This document shows positions 18,748 to 27,965 of a DNA stretch of 64,000 nt, one piece after another (position 1 is the first letter of the stretch; every line of letters starts with the position of its first letter). The notes under the pieces are model-generated. The model saw nothing but the letters and a program-made list of their open reading frames with translations, ran no database searches and was not told where the DNA came from. The position numbers and the translations under genes are program-made. This DNA comes from Spirochaetia bacterium (GTDB taxonomy: Bacteria > Spirochaetota > Spirochaetia > SZUA-6 > Bin103): assembly GCA_965203905.1 (NCBI GenBank), contig CBDBDQ010000005.1:6784001-6848000 (forward strand), given 5' to 3'.

Positions 18748-20438
18748 CGGATGGCGCCATGGCCGTGCGCCGCCAGGCGCGCATCCGTCGGCGGACCGGT
18801 TCCACCGCCTGGCTCCCGTTCATCATCGCTGCGGCCCTGCTCATCGCTGACGGCGCGGCGGGCGAGCCGGAGCCGCACCCGCCACGGCACGCCGGCGTCA
18901 GCGTAGAAACGACGCCACTGCGGCCGGCCGCCGCGTGCAGCGGCGACTTCGAGACGCATCGGCTGGAGCACACCACCCGGGTGTACGGCGGGGTGCCGCT
19001 GCTGTTCGACAGTCACGGCTCCGGCGTTGCGGCGGGCGACCTGGATCGCGACGGTGACGCGGACCTGGTGCTGGCCAACGTGGCAGGCGAGTCCTCACTG
19101 CTGTGGAACCTGGGCGGCCTCCGGTTCCGGCGCCAGGCGCTGGCCGCCGGGCCGACCCGGGCGGTGAATCTCGTCGATCTGGACGCCGACGGCTGGCTGG
19201 ACATCGTGTTCACCCGCCAGGGCTCGATCCCGGTGTGGTGGCGCAACTCCGGAGACGGCATGCACGGCGCAGCGTTCGAGAGGGCGGCGCCGCTGCTCAC
19301 CCCGAACCACGCCTACACCATGGCGTGGGCCGATCTGGACGGCGACGGAGACCTGGACCTGGTAACCGGATCGTACGACGCCGAGCTGATCGCGACCATG
19401 GGTACGGGCGGGCTCTACGGGGCCGGTGTCTACTACCACGAACGCCGCTTCGAGGACCTGCTGCCGACCCGACTCGCAACGCGCGCGGAGGCGCTGGCCA
19501 TCCTGCTGATCGACCTGGACGGCGACCGCCGGCTCGACATCCTCGTCGGCAACGACTTCGCCGAGCCTGACCGGATCTGGCTGCGGCGGGCGGACGGCTG
19601 GCAACTCAGCGAGCTGTTCTCCTCCATGAGCCTCAACACCATGAGTCTTGCCGCCGGCGACCTGGACAACGACGGCGTGGACGAGATCTTCTCCGCCGAC
19701 ATGAAGCCCTACACCGACGATCCGGGGATTCTGGAGTTCTACGGCCCGCTGCCCGAGCCGCGGACGGAGGCGGTGCAGGTGAGCGCCAATGCGCTGCTGG
19801 TGCGCCGCCACGACGGCTACGACAACCACGCGGCGGGGGCCGGCGTGGACGCCAGCGGCTGGAGCTGGGCGGCGCAGTTCGGCGACCTCGACAACGACGG
19901 CTTTCTCGATCTCTACGTGGTCAACGGAATGATGTCCGAAGAGCTGTTCGCGCACATTGCGGCATACGCGCTGGTGGAGGAGAACCAAGTGTACCGCAAC
20001 GACGGCAGCGGCGCATTCCAGCCGATGCCCGAGTGGCGCCTGGGCTCGATCGCCAGCGGCCGCGGCATGGTGATGGTAGACCTGGACGACGACGGCGACC
20101 TCGACATCGTGGTCAACAACCTGCTGGCGCAGGCGCAGTTGTTCGAGAACCGGCTGTGTCACGGGGGCGCCGCGATCCTGGTCACCGTGAACTGGCCGGG
20201 CGGAATCAACACCGGCGCCATCGGCAGCCGCCTGGTGCTGCACACCAGCGCCGGCGAGCTGCACCGCGAGGTTACGGCCAGCTCCGGCTACCTGTCCGGC
20301 AACGTCGCGGCGGTGCACTTCGGGTTCCCGCGCACGGCCAAGCTGCTGCGCCTGCAGATCGACTGGCCCGACGCCACGACATCCAATGTCGAACGCCCCC
20401 CGGCGGACACCCGGATCACCGTAACTCGCATACCATAA
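18744..20438 (+). CDS. CRTAC1/ASPIC-UnbV family protein with FG-GAP (DxDxDG) repeats
   Basis: About seven DLDxDGxxD repeats; C-term NTGAIGSRL...GYLSG...VHFGF...IDWPD (ASPIC/UnbV); N-terminal hydrophobic signal. Confidence 0.9.
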   Translation: MTDGAMAVRRQARIRRRTGSTAWLPFIIAAALLIADGAAGEPEPHPPRHAGVSVETTPLRPAAACSGDFETHRLEHTTRVYGGVPLLFDSHGSGVAAGDLDRDGDADLVLANVAGESSLLWNLGGLRFRRQALAAGPTRAVNLVDLDADGWLDIVFTRQGSIPVWWRNSGDGMHGAAFERAAPLLTPNHAYTMAWADLDGDGDLDLVTGSYDAELIATMGTGGLYGAGVYYHERRFEDLLPTRLATRAEALAILLIDLDGDRRLDILVGNDFAEPDRIWLRRADGWQLSELFSSMSLNTMSLAAGDLDNDGVDEIFSADMKPYTDDPGILEFYGPLPEPRTEAVQVSANALLVRRHDGYDNHAAGAGVDASGWSWAAQFGDLDNDGFLDLYVVNGMMSEELFAHIAAYALVEENQVYRNDGSGAFQPMPEWRLGSIASGRGMVMVDLDDDGDLDIVVNNLLAQAQLFENRLCHGGAAILVTVNWPGGINTGAIGSRLVLHTSAGELHREVTASSGYLSGNVAAVHFGFPRTAKLLRLQIDWPDATTSNVERPPADTRITVTRIP

Positions 20439-20486
20439 TACACAAAACTTGAAACTTTCGTGTATTATGGATAAGAAGTTTTCAAG
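20433..20486. promoter_or_regulatory. AT-rich interleaved inverted repeats upstream of AAA ATPase (operator or RNA structure)
   Basis: CCATAATACAC (20433-43) / GTGTATTATGG (20460-70) perfect 11-bp IR; CTTGAAACTT (20448-57) / AAGTTTTCAAG (20476-86). Confidence 0.6.
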
Positions 20487-20489
20487 ACC

Positions 20490-21758
20490 ATGCAGACTTC
20501 GAGGCTTCGCGATGTAGTCGAGACACAGCGGCGAGAGCTGCGCTCGCGTCTGGATGAGCGGTATGTGCAGCGCCGACTCGGCCTGCCAATCCGCGACGAC
20601 GGGCTGATCAAGGTCATCATCGGCCCCCGCCGCTGCGGGAAGTCGTTCCTGGCGATGCACCTGCTGGAACAGTTCGGATCTCGGGGCTATCTCAACTTCG
20701 ACGACGAGCGCCTGGTGGGAGTGGACGACTATGACCGGCTGGTCGCCGCGGTCAATTCAGTGTACGGCAGTCCGCGCTACCTGTTGCTGGACGAAATCCA
20801 GAACCTGCCACGGTGGGAACTGTTCGTGAATCGCCTCCAAAGACAGGGATTCCGGCTGATTCTGACCGGGAGCAACGCCCATCTGCTGAGCGGCGAGCTG
20901 GCTACTCATCTGACGGGACGGCATCTTCCCGTCGTCCTGTTTCCGTTCTCCTTCGCCGAAGCCCTGAGCGCAATCCCCGCCACCCGGACCGGCTCGGAGC
21001 TGGCGGAGGAGTTGCGCCGGTACGCTGCGGACGGCGGCTACCCGGAGCCGCTGCTGCGAGACATGGACCGCGGTCACTATCTGCGGACCCTGTGGGATTC
21101 GGTCCTCTACCAGGATATCGTGCGCCGGCGGCGCATTCGCTCGGTGGCGGGCATCGAGGATCTGGCCGGATACCTGCTCGCGAACGTTGCCCGTGAGTAC
21201 TCGCTGAGCCGTCTTACATCCGTTACGCGCTGCAAGAGCGTCCACACGGTGGCCAAGTACATCGGGTATCTCGAGGAGGCATTCCTGTTCTTCTCGCTGT
21301 CCCGCTTCTCCTTCAAGGCACGGGAACAGGCCACTGCCAACCGCAAGATCTACTGCATCGACAACGGAATGATCACTGCTCGCGGCGTATTGTTCAGTCC
21401 TGATACCGGCAGACTGGTCGAAAACCTGGTCGCCGTCGCGTTGCGGAAACGGGCGCTGGACGGCACCTGCGAGCTGTTCTTCTGGAAGGACGCTCAGCAG
21501 CGCGAAGTGGACTTCGTGATAAAGGAAGGGCGCAGTGTGACTCAGCTCATCCAGGTCTGCTGGGACCTCACGGCGGCGAACACGCGGGAACGCGAGATCC
21601 GCGCCCTGCTGCGGGCCGGGGAGGACCTTTCCTGCGACCGGCTGCTGGTGCTCACGGCCGACACCGACTCCGAGGAGGAGGTGGAGTGGTACGGCAGGAG
21701 AGGCCGCATCCGGCTGCTCCCGGTCTGGCGCTGGCTCAGCGACGAAGGGCTCGCGTAG
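20490..21758 (+). CDS. AAA_14 ATPase with C-terminal DUF4143 (PD-(D/E)XK-like) domain
   Basis: GPRRCGKS, LLDEIQ, LTGSN, GGYPE, KIYCIDNG, LVENLV, REVDFV, IQVC. Confidence 0.9.
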   Translation: MQTSRLRDVVETQRRELRSRLDERYVQRRLGLPIRDDGLIKVIIGPRRCGKSFLAMHLLEQFGSRGYLNFDDERLVGVDDYDRLVAAVNSVYGSPRYLLLDEIQNLPRWELFVNRLQRQGFRLILTGSNAHLLSGELATHLTGRHLPVVLFPFSFAEALSAIPATRTGSELAEELRRYAADGGYPEPLLRDMDRGHYLRTLWDSVLYQDIVRRRRIRSVAGIEDLAGYLLANVAREYSLSRLTSVTRCKSVHTVAKYIGYLEEAFLFFSLSRFSFKAREQATANRKIYCIDNGMITARGVLFSPDTGRLVENLVAVALRKRALDGTCELFFWKDAQQREVDFVIKEGRSVTQLIQVCWDLTAANTREREIRALLRAGEDLSCDRLLVLTADTDSEEEVEWYGRRGRIRLLPVWRWLSDEGLA

Positions 21759-21851
21759 CCTGGGATGGCGGGGATGGCGGCGGTTCCTTGCCAGCCCGCC
21801 GGGTCCATGCTATGGGTTGGCGATACACCGTTCACAGGAGGAGGCAGTCAC

Positions 21852-23864
21852 ATGGACGGCAGATGGTTATTCGGCACCGCGTGCGCGGTGCTGCTGCTCG
21901 GCATCCCGGCGCTCGGCTTCGCCGGAGCGGAGGAGGAGGCGGAGGACGAGGGCAGTGCCCCCGGCATGGCCATGGGCAAGTACAACGAGGCGCCGATGCT
22001 GGCGGAACTGGTGGCCGCGGGCGAGCTGCCGCCGGTCGACGAGCGGTTGCCGGACAACCCGTCGGTGCTGCAGCCGATCGAGGAGGTAGGCCGCTACGGC
22101 GGCACCCTGCGCGTGTTCGCGGTCGATCCCGGCCCGTGGAACGATCTCACCGAGTCGGTGGAGCGCGGCGGCGGACTGGCCAAGGTAGCGCCCGACGGCA
22201 GCATCGTGGGCGACCTCGCCCAGGGCTTCTCGACCTCGCCCGACCAGCGCACCTTCACCATCACCCTGCGCACCGGCACCAAGTGGTCGGATGGCGCCCC
22301 CTACACCGTCGACGACATCATCTTCATGTTCGAGGACCTGGTGTGGCACGAGAAGGTGAGCACCTGGAACGAGTACAAGTCGGTGACCCGGCTCACCAAG
22401 GTGGACGACCAGACCGTGCACCTGGAGAGCGACTCCCCGACCCCGGGCCTGGAGTTGAAGCTGATTACCTGGCAGGGCGGCGACTGGCTGCTGTACCAGC
22501 CCAAGCACTACCTGCAGAAGTGGCACATCGAGCACAACGCGGACGCCAATGCGCTGGCCAAGGAGGAGGGCTTCGACACCTGGGCCGAGGCGCTGCACGC
22601 CCACTTCTGGTGGACGCCGACGCTGGACAAGGACAAGCCCACGCTGCACGCGTGGCGCTTCGCGGAGTTGAGCCCGACCACCCGCATCTGGGAGCGCAAC
22701 CCCTACTACTGGAAGGTCGACACCGCCAACAACCAGCTTCCCTACGTCGACCGGGTGGTCTCCACCGTGGTGGAGAAGGACGTGTACACGCTCAAGATCA
22801 TCAGCGGCGAGGCGGACGTCGCCTTCGTCCGCACCAGCCTGGACGACTACGCGCTGTACAAGGAGAACGAGGACCAGGGCGGCTACCGGGTGGTGCTGAT
22901 CCCGGGCCTGAACGGCTCCGACATCGGCATCTCGCTCAACCTCAACCACCCCGAGCAGTGGCGCGCCGAGCTGTACCAGGACCTGCGCTTCCGCCAGGCC
23001 CTGTCGATGGCGATCAACCGCTCCGAGGTGAACGAGGCGGCCTTCTTCGGCCTCGCGGTTCCGCGCCAGACCACCACGCTGCCGCAGAACAGCTACTACC
23101 GGCCGGAGTGGGAGAACGTCGCCGCCAGTTACGATCCGGACGCCGCCAATGAGCTGCTGGACGAGATCGGCCTCACCGAGAAGGACCGTGCCGGGATCCG
23201 CATCGGGCCCGACGGCGAGCCGCTGCAGGTCGTGATCGAGTTTCCGACCCCGCGCATCAGCACCGAGGCGATGGAGCTGGTCAAGGAGTACTGGGAAGCG
23301 GTAGGCGTGAAGGTGTTGCTGAAGCCGGAGGCCAATTTCGGCCAGCGGCGCCAGCTCAACCAGCACGACGCGCGCGTGGACCGCGCCAACAACGAAGAGG
23401 TGACCGAATTCGCGATGGGGGCCGAGTACCACACCTGCTACCGCTCGCGCGGCATCGGCGAGACCGCGCAGTGGGTGCCCTGCGGCTCCAACCACGCCTG
23501 GGGCCACAACTGGGGCCGCTGGCTGGCGGCCGACGCGGCGATCAAGGCCGGCACCCACACCCTGGCCGACTTCGAGGGCGGCACGATGCCGGGCGAGGAA
23601 CCGCCCGAGGACGTGAAGATGCTCGACCAGTGGGGCCAGGAGTGGGTCAAGACCGAGTACGGCTCCCCCGAGTACGTGGAGCTGGCGCAGAAGATCTTCG
23701 ACTTCCAGGCCCGGAACCTGGTGATCATCGGCGTGGTGGGACTCAAGCCGGTGCCGCTCGTCGCCAAGCGCAACATCGGCAACATCCCCACCGGATTCAC
23801 CATGGGGATGGAGGGATCCACCGGGCTCAACGTCCACGGCGACCAGTTTTTCTTCAAGAATTGA
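21852..23864 (+). CDS. Family-5 ABC substrate-binding protein
   Basis: AGGAGGAGG SD; signal peptide; YNEAPMLAELVAAGELPPVDERLP, WSDGAPYTVDD, RNPYYWKVD, FRQALSMAINR. Confidence 0.92.
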   Translation: MDGRWLFGTACAVLLLGIPALGFAGAEEEAEDEGSAPGMAMGKYNEAPMLAELVAAGELPPVDERLPDNPSVLQPIEEVGRYGGTLRVFAVDPGPWNDLTESVERGGGLAKVAPDGSIVGDLAQGFSTSPDQRTFTITLRTGTKWSDGAPYTVDDIIFMFEDLVWHEKVSTWNEYKSVTRLTKVDDQTVHLESDSPTPGLELKLITWQGGDWLLYQPKHYLQKWHIEHNADANALAKEEGFDTWAEALHAHFWWTPTLDKDKPTLHAWRFAELSPTTRIWERNPYYWKVDTANNQLPYVDRVVSTVVEKDVYTLKIISGEADVAFVRTSLDDYALYKENEDQGGYRVVLIPGLNGSDIGISLNLNHPEQWRAELYQDLRFRQALSMAINRSEVNEAAFFGLAVPRQTTTLPQNSYYRPEWENVAASYDPDAANELLDEIGLTEKDRAGIRIGPDGEPLQVVIEFPTPRISTEAMELVKEYWEAVGVKVLLKPEANFGQRRQLNQHDARVDRANNEEVTEFAMGAEYHTCYRSRGIGETAQWVPCGSNHAWGHNWGRWLAADAAIKAGTHTLADFEGGTMPGEEPPEDVKMLDQWGQEWVKTEYGSPEYVELAQKIFDFQARNLVIIGVVGLKPVPLVAKRNIGNIPTGFTMGMEGSTGLNVHGDQFFFKN

Positions 23865-23872
23865 CGTATCAG

Positions 23873-23911
23873 GCGGAGGAGTGAGCGGCGGCTCGCGGCT
23901 CACTCTTCCGC
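23873..23911 (+). terminator. Intercistronic stem-loop after SBP (terminator/attenuator or mRNA stabiliser)
   Basis: GCGGAGGAGTGAGC...GCTCACTCTTCCGC 14-bp stem with one G-U pair. Confidence 0.65.
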
Positions 23912-23945
23912 GTTCTCGAAACACCATGGACGCGGCGGGACACGC

Positions 23946-24935
23946 GTGATCGGCTACATCGGGCGCCGGCTGGGCTACATGGCGGTGCTGCTGGTCGCCA
24001 TCTCCATGGTCGCCTTCTTCGTGATCCAGCTCCCGCCGGGGGACTACCTGACGGTGGTGATGGCGAGCATGGCGGGCCAGGGCATGCACTTCACCGAGGA
24101 GCAGGTGCTGCTGCTGAAGGAGCGCTTCGGCCTCGACCTGCCGATGCATCGCCAGTACCTGCGCTGGGCCTGGAACCTGCTGCAGGGCGACCTGGGCCTG
24201 TCGTTCAGCTACGGCCGCCCGGTGATGGGGCTGGTGCTGGACCGCCTGCCGCTCACCATGCTGATCTCCCTGCTCACCATCCTGTTCGCCTATGCGGTGG
24301 CAATCCCCATCGGCATCTACTCCGCCACCCACCAGTACTCGCTGGGCGACTACGGCTTCACGGTGCTGGGCTTCGTGGGGCTGGCGACCCCCAACTTCCT
24401 GCTGGCGCTGCTCTTGATGTACGTGCTGCTCAAGCTGTTCGGCATCAGCGCCGGCGGCCTGTTCTCGCCCGAGTACGAGTTCGAGCCGTGGAGCGTGGCG
24501 CGGGTGGTCGACGCGCTGCTGCACCTGCCGCTGCCGGTGCTGGTGGCCGGCACCGCCGGCACCGCCGCGGTGGTACGGGTGATGCGCAGCACGCTGCTCG
24601 ACGAGCTCAAGAAGCAGTACGTGATCACCGCACGCGCCAAGGGCGTGGCCGAGCAGCGCCTGGTGATGAAGTACCCGGTGCGGGTGGCGCTCAACCCGAT
24701 CATCGCCACCGCCGGCTGGCTGCTGCCGGAGATCGTCTCCGGCTCCACCATCGTCGCCATCGTGCTGAGCCTGCCGACCGTGGCCCCGCTGCTGCTGCGC
24801 GCGCTCACCTCGCAGGACTCCTACCTGGCCGGAAGCATCATCATGGTGCTGGCCGCGCTCACCGTGATCGGCACCCTGGCCTCCGACCTGGTGCTGGCGG
24901 TGACCGATCCGCGCATCCGCTTCGAGCGCAAATGA
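23946..24935 (+). CDS. Opp/Dpp-type ABC permease (OppB-like)
   Basis: YIGRRL, IQLPPGD, GDLGLS, YVITARAKG, DPRIR. Confidence 0.93.
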   Translation: MIGYIGRRLGYMAVLLVAISMVAFFVIQLPPGDYLTVVMASMAGQGMHFTEEQVLLLKERFGLDLPMHRQYLRWAWNLLQGDLGLSFSYGRPVMGLVLDRLPLTMLISLLTILFAYAVAIPIGIYSATHQYSLGDYGFTVLGFVGLATPNFLLALLLMYVLLKLFGISAGGLFSPEYEFEPWSVARVVDALLHLPLPVLVAGTAGTAAVVRVMRSTLLDELKKQYVITARAKGVAEQRLVMKYPVRVALNPIIATAGWLLPEIVSGSTIVAIVLSLPTVAPLLLRALTSQDSYLAGSIIMVLAALTVIGTLASDLVLAVTDPRIRFERK

Positions 24936-26092
24936 GAGCCTTCGCCGCCATCCGCGACCCCGCCGCCCGCCGCAACCGCACCGCCCGCCACGATCCCGCC
25001 GCCCTGGAGGAGGGCTACTACCTGGCCACCCAGTGGCAGCTCATGCGGCGCCGGTTCCGCGCCCACAAGCTGGCGCTCATCGGGGCCACGGTGCTGATCG
25101 TGCTCTACCTCACCACCCTGCTCGGCGAGTTCTTCGCCCCCTACGACAGCTTCCGCCGCTTCGCCGACTACCCGTTCGCGCCGCCGCAGCGGCTGCGCGT
25201 CATCGACCAGGGCCGGGTCAGCCTGCGGCCCTTCGTGTACGGCTACGAGCGCTTCCGCGACCCCGAGTCGCTGCGCTGGCGCTTCGCCGTGGACCGCTCG
25301 CTGCGCTATCCGCTCTCCTTCTTCGTGCGCGGCGACGAGTACTACGTGCTTGGGTTGTTCGAAACCGACCTCCATCTGTTCGGGGTGGCCGGCGAGGAGG
25401 CCCACCTGTTCCTGTTCGGCACCGACAAGCTGGGCCGCGACCTGTTCTCGCGCAACATCCGCGCGGCGCGCATCTCGCTCACCATCGGCCTGGTCGGCGT
25501 CACCATCAGCTTCATCCTGGGCTGCATCCTGGGCGGCATCTCCGGCTACTACGGTGGCGCGGTGGACACCCTGATCCAGCGGATCATCGAGTTCCTGATA
25601 TCGATCCCGTCGATTCCGCTGTGGATGGCGCTGGCCGCCTCGCTGCCCAATGACTGGCCGCCGATCCGGGTCTACTTCGGCATCACCATCATCCTCTCGG
25701 TGATCAGCTGGACCAGCCTGGCGCGGGTGGTGCGCAGCAAGCTGCTGGAGCTGCGCGAGGCGGACTTCGTGATGGCGGCCAAGATCGCCGGCGCGCGCGA
25801 GGGCGAGATCGTGCGCCGCCACCTGCTGCCGTCGTTTCTCAGTTATCTGATCGTGAGCCTCACCTTGAGCATCCCCGCCATGATCCTGGGCGAGACCGCC
25901 CTCAGCTTCCTCGGCATCGGCATCCAGCCGCCCGCCCTGAGCTGGGGTGCGCTGCTGCAGAGCGCGCAGAACGTGCGCAGCGTGGCGCTGGCACCGTGGC
26001 TATTCATCCCGGGGCTGTTCATCGTGGCCACGGTGCTGGCCTACAACTTCGTCGGCGACGGCCTGCGCGACGCCGCCGACCCCTACACCTGA
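24932..26092 (+). CDS. Opp/Dpp-type ABC permease (OppC-like)
   Basis: ATGA overlap with upstream gene; FGTDKLGRDLFSR, LGETALSFLGIG, GDGLRDAADPY. Confidence 0.93.
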   Translation: MRAFAAIRDPAARRNRTARHDPAALEEGYYLATQWQLMRRRFRAHKLALIGATVLIVLYLTTLLGEFFAPYDSFRRFADYPFAPPQRLRVIDQGRVSLRPFVYGYERFRDPESLRWRFAVDRSLRYPLSFFVRGDEYYVLGLFETDLHLFGVAGEEAHLFLFGTDKLGRDLFSRNIRAARISLTIGLVGVTISFILGCILGGISGYYGGAVDTLIQRIIEFLISIPSIPLWMALAASLPNDWPPIRVYFGITIILSVISWTSLARVVRSKLLELREADFVMAAKIAGAREGEIVRRHLLPSFLSYLIVSLTLSIPAMILGETALSFLGIGIQPPALSWGALLQSAQNVRSVALAPWLFIPGLFIVATVLAYNFVGDGLRDAADPYT

Positions 26093-26163
26093 GCCACGGG
26101 GAGCGGTTGGCGATCATGGCGGGCCGCCATACTATTGTGTGGTAACAAACGACGGGTAACGAC

Positions 26164-26424
26164 ATGACGAAGAGCAAGCTGACACTGTCACTCGATCCCG
26201 CAGTCGTCCGGGCGGCAAAACGCTTGGCCGCAGCGAGAAACACCAGTGTATCGGCCCTCTTCTCGTGTCTGATCGAGTCTCTGCAGACGTGTGAGCGAGA
26301 GCCGAGTATCGGCCTCGGGCCGTTGACCCGTCAGGCTTCCGGTATCGTGAGTCTGCCGGAGAGGCGCTCCGACCGTGACCTTCTCACCGAGGCACTCCTC
26401 GACAGGCAGGGATCGAACGAGTGA
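26164..26424 (+). CDS. DUF6364-like RHH antitoxin with no cognate toxin downstream
   Basis: MTKSKLTLSLDPAVVRAAKRLAAARNTSVSALFS...LTRQASGIV. Confidence 0.78.
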   Translation: MTKSKLTLSLDPAVVRAAKRLAAARNTSVSALFSCLIESLQTCEREPSIGLGPLTRQASGIVSLPERRSDRDLLTEALLDRQGSNE

Positions 26425-26476
26425 CCTTGCGTATCGAGTGGGATCTGTGTTGCTCGTCCCGCCGTATTCCGCTCTT

Positions 26477-26707
26477 ATGACGAAGCTCACCGTCAAGCTG
26501 CCGGAACGTTTGGCCACGTCTTTGGAGCGTGAAGCCGAACGGCCACAGGTCTCGAAGTCGGATATGGTCCGGGACATTCTGGATCGGCATCTGTCCGCTG
26601 CGGCGGTCTCCGCGGTAGATCTCGCGCGTGACCTCGCCGGTTGCGTCGACAGCGGAGTCCGAGACCTCGCCTCGAACCGGGGTCACCTCGATGGGTTCGG
26701 TCGCTGA
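26477..26707 (+). CDS. CopG/RHH antitoxin
   Basis: MTKLTVKLPERL...SKSDMVRDIL...DLAGCVDSGVRDLASNRGHLDGFG. Confidence 0.8.
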   Translation: MTKLTVKLPERLATSLEREAERPQVSKSDMVRDILDRHLSAAAVSAVDLARDLAGCVDSGVRDLASNRGHLDGFGR

Positions 26708-26785
26708 TGGCGTGGCTGCTGGACACCGGCCCGCTGGTCGCGTTCTTCGACCGGAGCGAACGGCACCACGAGTGGGCCCTGGATA
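26707..26785 (+). pseudogene. Truncated PIN/VapC toxin (N-terminus only)
   Basis: TGATG coupling to the antitoxin; MAWLLDTGPLVAFFDRSERHHEWA is a PIN N-terminus, after which similarity is lost. Confidence 0.75.
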
Positions 26786-26885
26786 CGCCGCGCCACCGGC
26801 AACCTGCATGCCGTTGGTGGAGGGGATCCACCACCGCAGCTACATCATCCAGATACCGCGACGTACTATTTCGAGATCGATCACT

Positions 26886-27074
26886 ATGGACAGCCGCACG
26901 GTCTTGAGAAGGCTGCGGTCGGACGGTTGGGAGACGGTGCGTGTCCGAGGGTCACATCATCAGCTCAAGCATCCTGAGAAATCCGGAACAGTTACGGTTC
27001 CCCATCCGCAGCGCGATGTACCGGCCGGCACGTTGAGAAGTATCGAAAGACAATCCGGGGTTAGCCTGCGTTGA
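26886..27074 (+). CDS. hicA: HicA toxin
   Basis: LRSDGWETVRVRGSHHQLKHPEKSGTVTVPHP...GTLRSI (GSH motif). Confidence 0.9.
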   Translation: MDSRTVLRRLRSDGWETVRVRGSHHQLKHPEKSGTVTVPHPQRDVPAGTLRSIERQSGVSLR

Positions 27075-27085
27075 GGAGGATGATT

Positions 27086-27376
27086 ATGGACCGCAAGTAT
27101 ATAGGACTGGTTCATAAGGAAACGGACAGCGACTACGGTGTGAGCTTCCCCGATTTTCCCGGCTGCATCACCGCCGGACGTACCATCGAGGAGGCCGGGG
27201 AGATGGCAGCCGAGGCGCTGGCCCTTCATATCGAGGGACTTGCCGAGGACGGCGGGGAGATTCCCCCACCCAGTTCCGCCGATGCAGTCCTCGCGCATCC
27301 TGACGCCGCCGACGCTCTGGCGTTACTCGTCGTCGAACCGCTCCCGGCACGCGCCGAGACTCCCGTTTCGCGCTAG
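27086..27376 (+). CDS. hicB: HicB antitoxin
   Basis: YGVSFPDFPGCITAGRTIEEA...EALALHIEG; GAGGAGG SD. Confidence 0.9.
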   Translation: MDRKYIGLVHKETDSDYGVSFPDFPGCITAGRTIEEAGEMAAEALALHIEGLAEDGGEIPPPSSADAVLAHPDAADALALLVVEPLPARAETPVSR

Positions 27377-27558
27377 TGGGCAATTCGTTCGATTGGTAGC
27401 CACGGTTGCGGCCTGCACGACCGACGCTGGCTTCACGGGCCGCGCGCAGCAGTACATTTCGGAAGTGTTTCGGACTCGACGTTGCGATGGCCATGCGATG
27501 GCCGGGCGGCGCTGGCACAGCCGGGGCCGGACGGAGTAGCCTGCGGGAGTTGACCGTC

Positions 27559-27930
27559 ATGGCGAGACAGATCTCACGGCTCCTTCTGGTCGGGCTCCTC
27601 GGCGCCGTTCTCCTGGCCGGCTGCTTTCCGCGCATGCCCACGAATCCGGCGTCGCAGCAACCCGCCTCCACCGACGCCTCGTTCTCGCCCGACGGGTCGG
27701 AGATCCTGTACGCCGCCAACCACGACGGCGACCTGGAGATCTTCGTGGTAAACGCCGACGGCAGTGACCGGCGCCAGCTCACCGAGAACGGCAACCAGGA
27801 CTTCTTCCCGAGCTGGTCGCCGGACGGCGAGACCATCGTGTTCAGCTCGGACCGAACCGGTGCGGTGGAGCTGTACCTGATGGACGCCGACGGCGGCAAC
27901 CAGCGGCCGCTCATCGCCGGAGACGGCTGA
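27559..27930 (+). CDS. Small lipoprotein with TolB-like PD40 repeats
   Basis: Lipobox LLAGC; FSPDGSEILY, EIFVVNADGS, PSWSPDGETIVFSSDRTG. Confidence 0.82.
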   Translation: MARQISRLLLVGLLGAVLLAGCFPRMPTNPASQQPASTDASFSPDGSEILYAANHDGDLEIFVVNADGSDRRQLTENGNQDFFPSWSPDGETIVFSSDRTGAVELYLMDADGGNQRPLIAGDG

Positions 27931-27965
27931 GCGCGGGCCCCGCTGCGCGACCTGAACGGCGGGTG

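Noticed and set aside
19030-20120. DNA repeats GACCTGGAC...GACGGC
   Set aside because: Coding repeats of FG-GAP DxDxDG motifs, not an independent DNA element
21867-24524. Very long antisense ORFs (885 aa here; also 52472-55246, 13900-16083, 50482-52539)
   Set aside because: Shadow ORFs opposite well-supported genes; expected in high-GC DNA with strong codon bias, and they show no motifs
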